Positions 9,723 through 21,276 are shown, numbered from the stretch's first letter. The stretch: 64,000 nucleotides of DNA from an uncultured Gaiellaceae bacterium (GCA_963846995.1 CAWJYD010000006.1:6389-70388), one strand, 5' to 3'. The notes: generated by a model not told the origin, from the sequence alone. Program-made: numbers and translations.

Positions 9723-10488
9723 TGCTCAGGGCGTGTCTGAAGCCGGCTCGAGGCCGAGGATTACTCGCACGTCCGATCCTGCCGGGAGACGCCGGCTCGG
9801 ACTACGAGCGCTACCTCGAACACCGACGGAGCTCCTCGGCCTCCAGAAGACGTCGGAGGAGTGGGTCCACCGCGACGAGCTGCTCTTCCAGGTGACGCAC
9901 CAGACGTCCGAACTGTGGTTGAAGCTCGCATGGAACGACGCCGACGAGGCGGCCCGCGCTGATCGAGGAGGGCGACCTGCGGGGCGCCCTTCGGCTGCTC
10001 CGGCGCTCGATCCTCTGCGTTCGCTTCCTGATCCCGCAGCTCGAGATGCTCGAGCACATGTCGCCCTGGGAGTACCAGGAGATCCGGCAGGTGCTCGGGC
10101 ACGGCTCCGGCTTCGACTCGCCCGGGTGGACCGAGCTGCGCCGGATCTTCCCGCGACTCGGCCAGGCCTTCCACACCGCTCGCCGCGAGGCGGGCCTCGA
10201 CGCTTGCGGAGCTCTACGTCCAAGGGCGCGAGCACGAGCAGCTCTATCAGCTCGCGGAGGCGCTCATGGAGCTCGACGAGCAGGCGCAGCTGTGGCGCAT
10301 GCGCCACTACCAGGTCGTCGCGCGGGTCATCGGCGACAGCGTCGTCGGGACGCAGGGGACGCCGGTCGAGCTGCTCGGCCGGCTCGTGCACGAAGACGTC
10401 CTATCCCGAGCTCTGGGAGGTCCGCAACGAGCTGACGGCGCTCTCCAAGGCAGAAGCGCTGCCTGACGGACAGGGAGGTCAGGATTAA
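9723..10488 (+). pseudogene. kynA: Tryptophan 2,3-dioxygenase, with about 4 frame breaks as assembled (start uncertain)
   Basis: The blocks ..SDYERYLE.., ..LLGLQKTSEEWVHRDELLFQVTHQTSELWLKL.., ..MLEHMSPWEYQEIRQVLGHGSGFDS.., ..LWRMRHYQVVARVIG..GTQGTP.. and ..FPELWEVRNEL.. are spread over three frames, with hand-overs near 9815, 9955, 10205 and 10400. Confidence 0.75.
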
Positions 10489-11789
10489 TCCTGACCCCGA
10501 GCACTCGCTCCGCGATGAGGTCACCGCGCTCCTGCAGGCGCTCGTCCGGGCGGAGACGGTCAACCCGCCGGGGAACGAGATGCGTGCCGCGGAGGTGCTC
10601 CGCGACTACTTCGCGCGGAACGGGATCGAGGTGCGAGCTCTACGCGCGCGTGCCGGAGCGGCCGAACGTCGTCGCGCGGCTTCGGGGCGGCGACGGGCCG
10701 TCGCTGGCGTTCCTCTCGCACACGGACACGGTGCTCGCCGACCCGGCGGAGTGGGAGCGCGACCCGTGGTCGGGCGAACTCGTCGACGACGAGATCTGGG
10801 GACGCGGCGCGCTCGACATGAAGGGGCAGGTCGCGGCGTCCGCCGTCGCCTTCGCCTCGCTCGTGCGCGAGGGATTCGCGCCGGCGGGCGAGCTCGTGTT
10901 CATCGTCCATGGCCGACGAGGAGGTCGGCGACGGGCTGGGGCCTCCGCTGGCTCGCGGAGGCGCACCCCGAGGCGGCCCGCTGCGACTACGCGATCAACG
11001 AGGGCGGAGGGGAGCGCTTCGTGCTCGGCGAGACGCCCTTCTACGGCTGCGCCACGGCCGAGAAGATGTCGGCGCCGTTCGTGCTCCGGGTCACGGCCGG
11101 AGCGGACATGCCTCGATGCCGGGCATCGCCGACAACGCGCTCGTGAAGGCCGCGCGCTACATCGAGGCGCTCGGCGACTACGAGCCCGCGCCGACACTGA
11201 TCCCGGAGGCGAGGGGCTTCCTCGAGGCGGTCCTCGGCGAGGTGCCGCCGCGTCGAGGAGGCGCTCGAGCGCGCCGCGGCGTCCACCCGCTGCTCCCCGC
11301 GCTCGTCGAGCCGCTGCTCGCGCTCACGCTGTCGCCGACGATGATCGACGCCTCCCACAGCGGAACGTGATCCCGGCGCGTGCGAGGTGACGGTGGACTG
11401 CCGGCTGCTGCCCGGACAGACGCCGGCGGACGCCGAGCCGCTCATCCGCGCCGCGCTCGGCGAAGGCGACGTACGAGCTCGAGTTCCTCGAAGCCGTCGG
11501 CGGGACGCGCTCGCCGCTCGACACACCGCTCTGGGACGGCGCTCGAGGCTTCACCCGGCGATCGAGCCGGGAGCGCGGCTCGCTGCCGGTGGCGTGTCCC
11601 GGGTTCACCGACAGCCACTACCTGCGCGAGGCGTTCGGCACGGTCGCCTACGGCTTCTTCCCGATGCGGAGATGGACACGGAGCTCGCGACGAAGCTCGT
11701 GCACTCGGCGAACGAGCGGATCGCGGTCGACGACTCGAGCTCGGGTCGAGATGCTCCGCGCCGTCGCCCACTCGCTGCTCGGCGCATGA
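10484..11789 (+). pseudogene. M20/M25/M40-family peptidase, with at least 8 frame breaks as assembled (no canonical start codon found in the N-terminal frame)
   Basis: The blocks ..VRAETVNPPGNE.., ..NVVARLRGGDGPSLAFLSHTDTV..WSGELVDDEIWGRGALDMKGQVAA.., ..MADEEVG.., ..YAINEGGGE.., ..HASMPGIADNAL.., ..LSPTMIDAS..NVIPA.. and ..PGFTDSHYLREAFGTVAYGFFP.. are scattered over all three frames. It ends at TGA 11787-11789. Confidence 0.75.
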
Positions 11790-13149
11790 CCGAGACCGCC
11801 GACGCCCTCGTCGTTTTCGGGATCACCGGCGACCTCGCGCGGCGGAAGCACGCTGCCCGCGCTCCACGACCTCGTCGAGCAGGCATTCACGTGTCCGGTC
11901 ATCGGAGTCGGCCGCCGTGCGCTCCCAGGAGGAGATCGTCGAACACGCGACGCGGGCGATCGAGGAGGCGAAGAGGACCGGCTCGACGAGCGGTCCTCGA
12001 CGAGTTCCTGTCCCACTTAAGTACATCGGCGGCGACGCCGAGGAAGACCCGTCTACGACAGACTGCGGACCGCACCGGGGAGGCGCAGGCCCGGTCTTCT
12101 ACCTCGCCACCCCCCGCGATGTTCCTCGAGGTCTCCGAGGACCTCGCCGCCGCGGGCCTCCTCGGGAAGTGCGCGCCTCGTCGTGGAGAAGCCCTTCGGG
12201 ACAGACCTCGTCTCCGCGCGCGAGCTGAACCGGCGCCTCACCGCGCTCGTGCCGGAGGAGCGCCTCTACCGGATCGACCACTTCTGGGCAAGGAGCCCGT
12301 ACAGGACATCATGTTCCTGCGCTTCTCCAACGCCCTGTTCGAGCCGGTCTGGAGCCGCGAGCACGTCGACTCGATCCAGGTCACGATGGCCGAGGAGTTC
12401 GGGGTCGAGGCTCGGGGCAACTTCTACGATCGGGTCGGCGCGGTCCGCGACGTCGTTCAGAACCACCTGCTGCAGGTCCTCGCGCTCGTGGCGATGGAGC
12501 CACCGTCCGGCGACGAAGACGCGGTCCCGCGCCACCGGCCCGACGTGTTCCCGGCGATGCCGTCCGCCGACCCGCTCTCGCCGTCCGCGGTCAGTACCGG
12601 GGTACGGGAAAGATCGATGGCGTCCGCCGGGTTCCGACACCGAGACGTTCGTCGTCTTCGACTCATGATCGAGAACTGGCGCTGGTCCGGCGTCCCGATC
12701 TTCGTGCGAGCGGGGAAGGGCATGCCGTGAACGCGACGGAGATCGTCGTCCGCCTGCAGCACGTGCCGAGCTCCGCTGGGGGCCGCACCTGCTGGTTGCC
12801 CCGGGACCCGACGACATCGTCTTCCGGATCGGACGGCATGCCGGTATGACATCGTGCTCTTCGCGAAGACGCCCGGCAAGGAGGACACGCGAGCCCGTCT
12901 CGCTGGACGTCTCTTTCGTCGAGGAGCTCGGCAAGCCGCCCGGACCTTACAGCGGCTGCTCACGGACGCGCTGCACGGCGACACGTCGCTCTTCCCGCGC
13001 TGGGAGGTCATCGAGGAGACGTGGCGGATCGTGCAGCCGCTCCTCGACGGCCCCCCGCGTCGAAACGTACCGCCGCGGACCTGGGGGCCGAGGCGGGGGG
13101 CGATCGCGGCGCCACGGCGGCTGGCGAGAGCCGCAGCGGCGTCGGCTAG
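11786..13149 (+). pseudogene. zwf: Glucose-6-phosphate 1-dehydrogenase, with many frame breaks as assembled
   Basis: The ATG at 11786 overlaps the upstream stop (ATGA). The blocks MTETADALVVFGITGDLARRK.., ..[10 protein letters not shown].., ..RIDHF(L)[39 protein letters not shown].. and ..RWSGVPIFVRAGK.. lie in different frames. The stop is probably TAG 13147-13149. Confidence 0.85.
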
Positions 13150-13158
13150 GTGCAGCGT

Positions 13159-13841
13159 ATGAGCTGGAGCGAGTGGGCGGACGTGGTCGAGATCGAGCCG
13201 TCGATCTATGCGTCCGACTTCTCCCGTCTCGGCGCCCAGCTCGAGACGCTGCAGGGCGCCGGAGCTCGCGTCTTCCACTTCGACGTCGGGGACGGCCACT
13301 TCATCCCGGAGGTCACCGTCGGGCCGATCGTGCTCGCGTCCATCTCCCCGTTCGTCCGTGGCTGGGGTGCGAGGCTCGACTGCCATCTCATGGTCGCGGA
13401 GCCCGAGCGGCACTTCGAGGCGATCGCAGGCGGGCGGAGACAGCGTCACGTTCCACGTGGAAGCGTGCGACGGAGCCGAGCGCGGCCGTGGCCGCCGCGC
13501 GTTCGCTCGGGCTCGGCGTCGGTGTCGCGTTCAACCCCGAGACGCCTGTCGAGGACGCCGTAGCGGCCTCCGAAGGAGTGGACCTCGTGCTCTGCATGTC
13601 GATCCATCCGGGCTACTCGGGCCAGGCATTCATGCACGAGGCCGTCGGGCGGATCGCCAGCTTCGCGCTCGCTCGCCCGGAGGTGCGCGTTCAGGTGGAC
13701 GGCGGGATCAACCGGACAGACCGTCCGGGCGCGCGAGGCGGGCGCCGACCTGCTCGTCGCAGGCAGCGCGGTCTTCTGGAGCGACGATCCCGGCGCGCGT
13801 CCTATCGGCTGCGAGCTGCTGTCGAGGCGGCGCGTGCCTGA
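13159..13841 (+). pseudogene. rpe: Ribulose-phosphate 3-epimerase, with about 3 frame breaks as assembled
   Basis: The blocks ..IEPSIYASDFSRLGAQLE..FHFDVGDGHFIPEVTVGP..DCHLMV.., then ..GADSVTFHVEA.., then ..GVAFNPETP..VDLVLCMSIHPGYSGQAF..QVDGGIN.. lie in three frames. It ends at TGA 13839-13841. Confidence 0.85.
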
Positions 13842-14904
13842 GCTGGCTCGAGCTGCGCGAGCCCGACGGCGCCTTTCGCCCGCATCGAGGCGTGGCTTCG
13901 CGAGCGCGGGTTCTTCGCGCCCGGAGAGGGAGGACTCGTCGCGGATCTCTTCCTCGGCTACGGGCTCTCGCAGGTGATCCGCGCGGCACCGTGCCGCCGC
14001 CGCCCGAGCCGTGTCCCGCGCTCCCGCTCGCCGCCTGTCGCGTGCGGTCGGCGGACGACTCGGCGCCGTCGCGCGGCGACTTCGGATCGGCGGCTGGAGC
14101 GGACGTGGACGCCCGCCGAGTACGCGCGCGGGCGTCGAGGAGGTGCGCGCTGCGATCGCGCGCGGCGACGTCTACCAGGTCAACCTCGTGCAGCATCTCT
14201 CGGCGCCGTTCGCCGGTGACCCGAGCGCTGGCCGCGCGCCTCGCCGCTGCTGCGACCGCTGCAACCGAGACCGTTCGTCGGCGACAAGCTGGACGGTTGT
14301 GTCGGCGTCCCCGAGCTCTTCCTCGCGCGCCGCGGACGGCGCGTCTGGACGATGCCGATCAAGGGGACACGGCCGCTCGGCGTCGCCGCCGAGCTCCTGC
14401 CTCGGAGAAGGACGCGGCGGAGCACGTGATGATCGTCGACCTCGAGCGGAACGACCTCTCCCGCGTGTGCGAGGCCGGGAACTGTCCGCTGGCCGGAGTT
14501 GATGGAGACGCGCCACTGGCGGGCGTCGAGCACATGGTGTCGAGGGTCGAGGGCACGCTCCGGGACGGCGTCGGGCTCGGCGAGCTCCTCGAGGCGACGT
14601 TTCCAGGCGGATCGGTGACGGGTGCGCCGAAGATCGCCGCCGTCGATCTCATCGCCGAGCTCGAGCCGGTGGGCCGAGGCGCGTCGATGGGCGCGCTCGG
14701 CCGGGTGCACGGCAACGGCGACCTCGAGCTCGCGCTGACGATCCGGACGTTCGCGATCGCCGAAGGCCGGATCCACCTCTGGGTCGGCGGCGGCGTCGTC
14801 TGGGACTCGGATCCCGCGGCGGAGGTCGCGGAGTCGTGGACAAGGCCGCGCCGCTGCTCGAGGCGATCGGCGCCCGCGATGCTCCGCGAGGCGGTGCCGC
14901 ATGA
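13834..14904 (+). pseudogene. pabB: Aminodeoxychorismate/anthranilate synthase component I (chorismate-binding enzyme), with several frame breaks as assembled
   Basis: The intact C-terminal core is ..EHVMIVDLERNDLSRV..HMVSRVEGTL..ATFPGGSVTGAPKIAA..EPVGRGASMGALG..ELALTIRT..GGGVVWDSDP... Upstream blocks (..IARGDVYQVNLVQHLSAPF..) are in other frames. The stop TGA 14902-14904 overlaps the next ATG. Confidence 0.75.
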
Positions 14905-15717
14905 GCCGACGCTCGCGCTCGCGCGTGTCGGGACGCGGCCTCGTCGACCCGACCGAGCCGGTCCTGCGCGCCGACGACGAGGCGCTGCTCCGTGGTCGCG
15001 CGGCGTTCGAGACGCTGCGGGTCTACGGCGGGCGCCGTTCCGGCTCGGGCGCACCTTCAGCGGCTCGCGCGTCGGCCCGGCATCGGGCTCGCGCCGTCGA
15101 GCGCGGAGAGCTGAGGTCTCGTCGGTCGCGCTTGCGGCGGCGCGCGGGGACGTGCTCTTCGCCTCTTCTGGACGCCGGGACCCGGCGGACGGCACGCCTG
15201 TCGGGCTGGCGCTGCTCAGCGAGATTCCCGAGCTGGATCGAGGCGGCCCGCGAGCACGGCCACGGCGTCGTCGCTGCTCGGTGCCGCGCGCTCGGTGCCG
15301 TGGCTCCTGCCGGGGTGAAGTCCACGAGCTACGCGGTGAACATGGCGGCCGAGGCGGAGGCGAAGCGGCGCGGCGCCGATGAGGCGCTGTTCGTGGACGC
15401 CGACGGCATCGTGCTCGAAGGCCCCGTGACGAACATCTGGTGGCGGGTCGGGACGACGCTCTTCACCCCGTCGCTCGACCTCGGCATCCTCGCCGGCGAG
15501 ACGCGTGCCACCCTGCTCGAGCTCGCGCCCGCGCTCGGCTACAGCGTCGAGGAGGGCGCGTACCCGCTGGGGGCGCTTCTCGACGCCGACGAGGCGTTCA
15601 CGTCGTCCTCGGTGCGCGAGGTGATGCCGGTGGTCGACGTCGACGGGCCCGTTCGCACGCGGGCCGGCGGCGCACGAGCTGCAGGCGGCGCTGCGGAGCT
15701 CGCCAGCTACGGTCTGA
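14901..15717 (+). pseudogene. pabC: Class-IV aminotransferase (aminodeoxychorismate lyase-like), with about 3 frame breaks as assembled
   Basis: It contains ..LLRGRAAFETLRVYGG.. and ..VKSTSYAVNMAAEAEAKRRGADEALFVDADGIVLEGPVTNIWW..ILAGETR..SSSVREVMPVVDVDG... The ATGA overlap with the pabB-like gene supports the pairing. Confidence 0.7.
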
Positions 15718-15720
15718 GCC

Positions 15721-16513
15721 GTGGCCGAGATCGCGTATCGGCTCGGCGGGATGGCACTGCTAACGGCGTGCTCGTCCACGGACCCACCTCGTGGGGGTGC
15801 GCGGTGCGCTGCGCCGACGGGACGATCAAGTCGGCCTCGGGTCGCAAGCGCCGCTTTGCGCCGAGGCGTCCAGACCGTTCGTCCGTGGTCCGCTCCGGTT
15901 GGCCGAGGCGTTCGCGCTTCTCCCCGACGTGCGCCGCGGGCTCCCCGAGGCGAAGCTCCCGTTCCAGCGCCCGGCCGTGCACGGCGCGCCGTCGGCGCCT
16001 CGCTGTCGGCGCGCGCGCCTCCGGAGGTCGCGCCTCCGCCGGGCGCACGCGAGCTGGTAGCGGGAGTCGCGTCCCGTCCCGCTGTGGTCGCCCTTCGCGG
16101 CGGCGAGCTGACCCAGTATCACGGCGCCGAGCATGTCTCGATCGGCACCTACGAGCAAGACGGGGAGCGCGGCGTCCGAAGGAGCACGAGCGGTGCGGCT
16201 CCCAGCTCGTCGGCCCGCTGATCCTGACGAGCGCCGCGGCGAGCGCGATCGCCGCCGGAAGGTGCCTAAGCGGGCGCAGCCGCGCCGCCCGCCTCGCGGG
16301 CGCCGTCGGTGCGGTCGGGGCTTCCGTCGAGCTGTTCGGCTGGATGACTCGCAACCCCGAGCGCCGGCTCGCGCGTGCACTCGCGAGACCGGGCCACGAG
16401 CTCCAGCGACCGTCTCTCCACCTCAGAGCCCACGCAGCGCGCAGCTCGAGGTCGCGGAGGTCGCGCTCGCGAGCGTGCCTCGCCCGCGGAGTCGGACATC
16501 GCCCAGGAGCTGA
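15721..16513 (+). pseudogene. DUF1385-family protein, with several frame breaks as assembled
   Basis: The blocks ..YRLGGMAL.NGVLVHGP..W.CAVR..DG.I.., ..PFVRGPLRLAEAF.., ..YHGAEHVSI..YE.., ..HERCGSQLV.. and ..LSTSEPT..QLEVAEVAL.. are recognised by eye as the DUF1385 pattern. They are spread over three frames. Confidence 0.6.
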
Positions 16514-17073
16514 GCGACCACCTCCCGTCTCGCTGCCGCCTGACCTTCCGGTCCCGCTGGACGACGGCGCCTGCGATCATCTGCCTGGGCTCGCGATTCC
16601 GCCGCTGACACTGGGCTCGTCCCGGACGCCCGTGCACCTGGCCGAGTTCGCGGCCGCGTCGGGGGGTCCTCTACGTCTACCCGCGCACCGGCATGCCCGA
16701 TCGCGCCGTTCCGCCCGAGTGGGACGCCGTTCCGGGCGCGCGCGGCTGCACGCCGCAATCATGCGCGTTTCGCGATCACGCCGCCGAGCTCGAGGAGCTC
16801 GGTGTGGCAGTCGCGGGGCTCTCCTCACAGTCGCTTGCCGAGCAAGAGGAGGTCGCCGAGCGTCTGCGGCTGCCGTACCCGGTGATCGCCGACCCGGAAC
16901 TTGCCCTTGCGCGCGCGCTCCGCCTGCCCACCTTTGCCTTCAACGGCGTCGAGCTCTACAAACGCGTGACGCTGGTGGTCGCATGCGGCGTCGTCGAGCG
17001 CGTCTTCTACCCCGTCTTCCCGCCCGACCGAAACGCCGCCGACGTCGTTGCATGGCTTCGGCGGCGGCAGTGA
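16514..17073 (+). pseudogene. AhpC/TSA-family redoxin (peroxiredoxin-like), with at least 1 frame break as assembled (start unresolved)
   Basis: The blocks ..LPPDLPVPLDDGACDHLPGL.. and then ..VLYVYPRTGMPDRAVPPEWDAVPGARGCTPQSCAFRD..YPVFPPDRNAADVVAWL.. are joined by a frame switch at the six-G run 16661-16666. Confidence 0.7.
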
Positions 17074-17628
17074 GCCGCCGACGCCGCTGTTACAGCCGGT
17101 GGTGACGCCGCCGCTCGCGGAGCGCGCGCTCGCGCTTGCGGCCGAGATCGGGTTCGAGCAGTCCTGTCGAGCCGAGGACCGACGTCCTGGCGGGCCGACG
17201 CGGGATCCTGCGTGCCGGCGAGATCGGGACCGGTGCCGGTGTGGGCGCCGCCTGGATCGTCTCCGCGCTCGAGCCCGGCACGCCTTTCGTCACCGTCGAG
17301 CGCAACTCTGAGCACGTCGCCGCCGCGCGGCGGCTTTTCTCGGAGGATCCCGACGTGCTCGTGCTCGAGGTGAGACTGGCGCGACCGGCTGCCGCCAGAA
17401 GCGCCGTTCGACCTCATCTTCGTCGACGCGCACGATGCCAAGGACGACGCCGACGCGGTGCTCGCCCTGCTCGCGCCGAGGGCCACGATCGTGCTCGACG
17501 ACTTCTCGTTCGACCCCGCGCTGCCGGATCCGCGCCGCGAGCAGCGGCTCGGTCACCCCGCTCTCACCACGACCGAGATCTGGGTGACGCCGGAGCGTCG
17601 AGCCCTCGTTGCAGTGAGATGGGGTTGA
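17048..17628 (+). pseudogene. Class-I SAM-dependent O-methyltransferase-like protein, with about 2-3 frame breaks as assembled (start uncertain)
   Basis: The blocks ..ILRAGEIGTGAGVGAAWIVSAL..VTVERN..HVAAARRLF.. and then ..PFDLIFVDAHDAKDD..IVLDDF.. are joined by hand-overs near 17165 and 17375. It ends at TGA 17626-17628. Confidence 0.6.
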
Positions 17629-17659
17629 CTAGCGGGACCCGGCTCCCGATAGTGAGCGC

Positions 17660-19185
17660 ATGGTCCCCATCCCGCACAGCACCGGCGACATCGCCGACTT
17701 CATCCTGACGTGGCTGCCGCTCGTCCTCTTCGGCGTCATCTGCTCCTGCTCTGGAAGACCACGCAGTACATGCCGCGGGTCAAGCCGGCGCCGATCGACA
17801 AGGGAACCGCCGAGCCGAGGTCTCGTGGAGCGACGTCGCCGGACTCGACGAGGCGAAGGAGGAGCTGCGCGAAGTGGTGGACTTCCTCACCGATCGCCAG
17901 CGCTTCGAGCGCCTCGGCGCTCGGATCCCCAAGGGGATTCTCCTGCACGGCCCGCCGGGCACCGGTAAGACGCTGCTCGCGAAAGCAATTGCGAGCGAGT
18001 CCGGGGCGAACTTCTACGCCTCGAGCGCCTCCGCATTCGTGGAGATGTTCGCCGGCCTTGGCGCCGCCCGCATCCGGAGCTCTTCGCGGAGGCGCGCAAG
18101 AACGCTCCGGCGATCGTCTTCATCGACGAGCTCGACGCGGCCGGCTCGGTACGCCAGGGCGGCGGTGGGTACAACCGGGAGCACGACCAGACCCTCAACC
18201 AGCTCCTCGTCGAGCTCGACGGCTTCGGCGGTCGCGACGACGTCATCGTGATGGGCGCCTCCAACCGACTGCAGGATCTCGACCCGGCGCTGCTCCGGCC
18301 GGGGCGGTTCGACCGCCAGGTGCTTGTCTCACCTCCTGACTTCACAGGTCGCGAGGCGATCCTGCGTGTCCATACGCGGTCGAAGCCTCTGGGCCGGACG
18401 TCGACTCGGGTTGATCGCGCGTCAGACCGCTGGGCTGACGGGCGCCGACTTGGCGAACATCTGCAACGAGGCCGCGATCCTCGCAGCGCGGCATGGGGTA
18501 GTGAAGATCCGTGCGAGCGAGTTCGAGGGGGCGATGGAACGTGTCGTCGCGGGCCTGCAGACGCGGCGCGTGGTCACGGACAAGGAGAAGCGTATCCTCG
18601 CCTTCCACGAGGCGGGCCACGCCCTTCATGTCCCACCTGATGGGCGACATGCTGCCGGTGCAGAAGGTGACGATCGTCTCTCGCGGCGACGCGCTTGGCT
18701 ACACCTTCAACTTGCCGGCGGAGGACCGCTACCTGCACACGCGGGAGGAGCTCGAGGACCTGATGAAGGTGCTGCTCGCAGGGCGGGCGGCGGAGCAGGT
18801 CGTGTTCGGCCGGATCACGAACGGCGCGGCGAGCGATCTCGAGCGCGTGACCACTCGGCGCGCGCGATGGTGTTCGAGTACGGCATGTCGGAGGTAGCTC
18901 CGTCGCGGACGATGCGTGCGGACAACTACGCGCTCTCCGAGGAGACGAAGCGGCTGCGCGACAGCGAGCAGGCTCGGCTTACCGATGAGGCCTACGAGGA
19001 GGCGCAGCGGCTGCTGCGCAAGCATCGGCCTCCCTCGACCGGTTGGCCGCCGCGCTGCTCGAGAAGGAGACGCTCAACCGCGCCGAGCTCGACGAGCTGC
19101 TCATCGACCTGCACGGCCGAGTCGCGCTCGAGCGAGACCGTCGGAACGCGTCGCGCGCACTCAGCTCACCGACGCGGTCGAGTAG
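17660..19185 (+). pseudogene. ftsH: ATP-dependent zinc metalloprotease FtsH (short form with a single N-terminal TM segment), with at least 8 frame breaks as assembled
   Basis: The blocks ..[20 protein letters not shown].., ..IVFIDELDA.., ..[23 protein letters not shown].., ..[12 protein letters not shown].., ..AFHEAGHAL.. and ..AASDLERVT..MVFEYGMS.. lie in rotating frames, with hand-overs near 17745, 17820, 18075, 18390, 18625, 18855 and 19035. The 3' end is uncertain. Confidence 0.85.
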
Positions 19186-19211
19186 CACCGCGCGGATACG
19201 ATCGCGCGCGT

Positions 19212-19621
19212 ATGCAGGCGCGCGGGATCCATCATCTCGGCGTCGCCGTCGTCAACCTCGACGAAGCCGTCGAGACGTACGAGCGGCTCTTCGGCGCAAC
19301 GGTCGAGCATCGGCGACGTGCTCGTCGACGCAGGGCGTCGAAGCGGCATCCGTGCTCGTCGGCGACGGCCGGATCGAGCTGCTCTCGCCGACCGGCGACG
19401 GACACGCCGGTCGGCCGCTTTCTCGCCAAGCGGGGCCGGGGATGCACCACGTCGCGCTACGAGGTCGACGATGTCGCGTGTGGCGCTGCGGGAGCTCGCG
19501 GCCGCGGGTGCCCAGCTGATCGACGCGGAGCCGCGGCCGGGTCTCTTCGGGCTCGCAGGTCGCATTCGTCCATCCCGACGCCGTCCACGGCGTCCTCACG
19601 GAGGTGGTGTCCGGTGGCTGA
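19212..19621 (+). pseudogene. mce: Methylmalonyl-CoA epimerase (VOC/glyoxalase fold), with about 3 frame breaks as assembled
   Basis: The blocks MQARGIHHLGVAVVNLDEAVETYERLFGA.., ..GVEAASVLVGDGRIELLSPTG.., ..HHVA.. and ..LRELAAAGAQLIDAEPRPG..VHGVLTEVVSGG* lie in three frames. Confidence 0.75.
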
Positions 19622-19624
19622 GAG

Positions 19625-19852
19625 ACGAGTCGTCGCGGATCGAGGTCGGCTTCGAGGGCGGGCAGATCATGAGCTGCGCTCGTCACGGGCGAGAGCGCCG
19701 ACGCGCTCGAGCGGGCGCTGCAGGCGCGCGGCGGCCGCGGGACGCTCGCGCTCGATGCGCAGGACGGCAGCTATCACGTCGTCCTCGGGCGTGTCGTGTA
19801 CGTCAAGCGCTTCGCCCGCGAGGCGCGGGTCGGCTTCGAGCTAGCGACGTAG
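19625..19852 (+). pseudogene. Small conserved protein (possibly DUF3107-like), with about 1-2 frame breaks as assembled
   Basis: Two frames together read ..RIEVGFEGGQIMSLRVTGESADALERALQARGGRGTLALDAQDGSYHVVLGRVVYVKRF..* ending at TAG 19850-19852. The family assignment is from memory only. Confidence 0.35.
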
Positions 19853-19856
19853 CCGA

Positions 19857-20805
19857 GTGCGCCTCGAGGTCGGCATCGTCGGCCTTCCCAACTCCGGGAA
19901 GACGACGCTCTTCAACGCGCTCACGCAGGCCGGCGCCGAGATGACGGCATACGCGTCCGTGACGCGAGAAGCCGAACGTGGGCATGGCCGCGATCGCGGA
20001 CGAGCGGCTCGACCGGGTCGCCGAGCTCGTCGGGTCGCGAAAGGTGACGCCGGCGGCGATCAGGGTCGTGGACGTGCCCGGGCACGGGGCCGCAGCTGCT
20101 CGGCAACCTCCGGCAGGTCGGACGCGCTGCTCGCCGTGCACCGACGGGTTCTCCGCCGAAGCCGACCCGGCGGCCGACCTGGAGACGCTGCAGGCTCGAG
20201 CTCGCTCGTCGCCGATCGCGACCACGTCGAGCGGCGGCTCGAGCGGGTGCGGAAGGAGGCGAAGTCGGGCGACGCGGCGAAGCGGCAGCGAAGTCGAGCT
20301 GACTCGAGCGGTGCTCGCGCACGTCGACGCGGGCCGGCCGCTGTCGGAGTGGCAGGGCGAGCTGCCCGAGCGAGCTCGAGCCGCTGACGACGATGCCGCT
20401 CCTCGCGATCGAGAACGGGCCGGGCGGCATCGACTGCAAGCTCGAGGCCGAGCTGGCCGAGCTCCCGCCGGAGGAGGCGGCCGAGTTCCGCGAGGGCCCG
20501 TCGGCGCTCGACGAGGTGGTCCGGCGTCTTCAAGGACGCGCTCGGCCTGATCGCCTTCTTCACGGCCGGTGACAAGGAGACGCGCGCGTGGACGCTGCGC
20601 GACGGTCAGACGGCGCTCGACGCCGCCGGAGACGATCCACTCCGACATCGCCCGCGGCTTCATCCGTTGCGAGGTGATCCGCTGGGACGACCTGCTCGCG
20701 CGCGGATCGCACGCCGAGGCGGCGCGGCGAGGGCTGGAGCGCCTGGAGGGGAAGACCTACGTCGTCGAGGACGGGGACGTCCTCAACATCCGCTTCAACG
20801 TCTGA
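19857..20805 (+). pseudogene. ychF: Redox-regulated ATPase YchF (Obg-like GTPase family), with at least 6 frame breaks as assembled
   Basis: It starts with [23 protein letters not shown] and ends with ..IHSDIARGFIRCEVIRWDDLL..GKTYVVEDGDVLNIRFNV*. The middle blocks (..[17 protein letters not shown].., ..[14 protein letters not shown]..) are in other frames. Confidence 0.85.
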
Positions 20806-20811
20806 GCCGGA

Positions 20812-20847
20812 CGATCGGACGGCGTCTCCGCCGGCCCGGTCCGATCG
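20812..20847. terminator. Weak hairpin between convergent genes
   Basis: cgatcggac (20812-20820) pairs with gtccgatcg (20839-20847). It lies between the ychF stop (20805) and the stop of the minus-strand gene (20854). The loop is long and there is no T-tract. Confidence 0.3.
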
Positions 20848-20853
20848 CGTCGC

Positions 20854-21276
20854 TCAGGTGCTGAACGTGATACCGCACTGCGTCTTCTCGAAGTTCGTGA
20901 TCTTCTTGTTGTCCGAGAGCGAGAACGATCCGAGCGGCGTCTGGTTGGAATAGTGGTTCGCCTTGATGCGCCTGAACCAGGCGATTTCGTGTTTGACCGC
21001 CGTCTTGATCGAGCTCGGCGCGAGCGCGATGAAGCGCTCTCCGCCCGAATCGGCGGCGTCGACGACCTTCTTCCAGGCGCCCGGCGGAAGGCTGAGAGGC
21101 GAGAGATAGCGCTTGTTCTTCATCGTCCCGGCCCTCGTGTTCGTGTCGATCACTGCCTTGCACCACGCTTTCGCATCGGTTGGGCTCGCCGTCGAAGTGG
21201 ATCCGTCGACGGCGGCGGCGGCAGGCGCGGCTGCGATGAGCGCGCTGGCCGCGATTGCGCATGTGAGAGCTCGCAT
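20854..21276 (-). CDS. Small secreted protein of unknown function (signal peptide, two Cys)
   Basis: Intact 140-aa reading frame from the ATG at 21276 (MRALTCAIAASALIAAAPAAAA..). The start overlaps the upstream stop (TGATG). The local G+C is visibly lower than the surroundings. Confidence 0.7.
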   Translation of the reverse strand: MRALTCAIAASALIAAAPAAAAVDGSTSTASPTDAKAWCKAVIDTNTRAGTMKNKRYLSPLSLPPGAWKKVVDAADSGGERFIALAPSSIKTAVKHEIAWFRRIKANHYSNQTPLGSFSLSDNKKITNFEKTQCGITFST

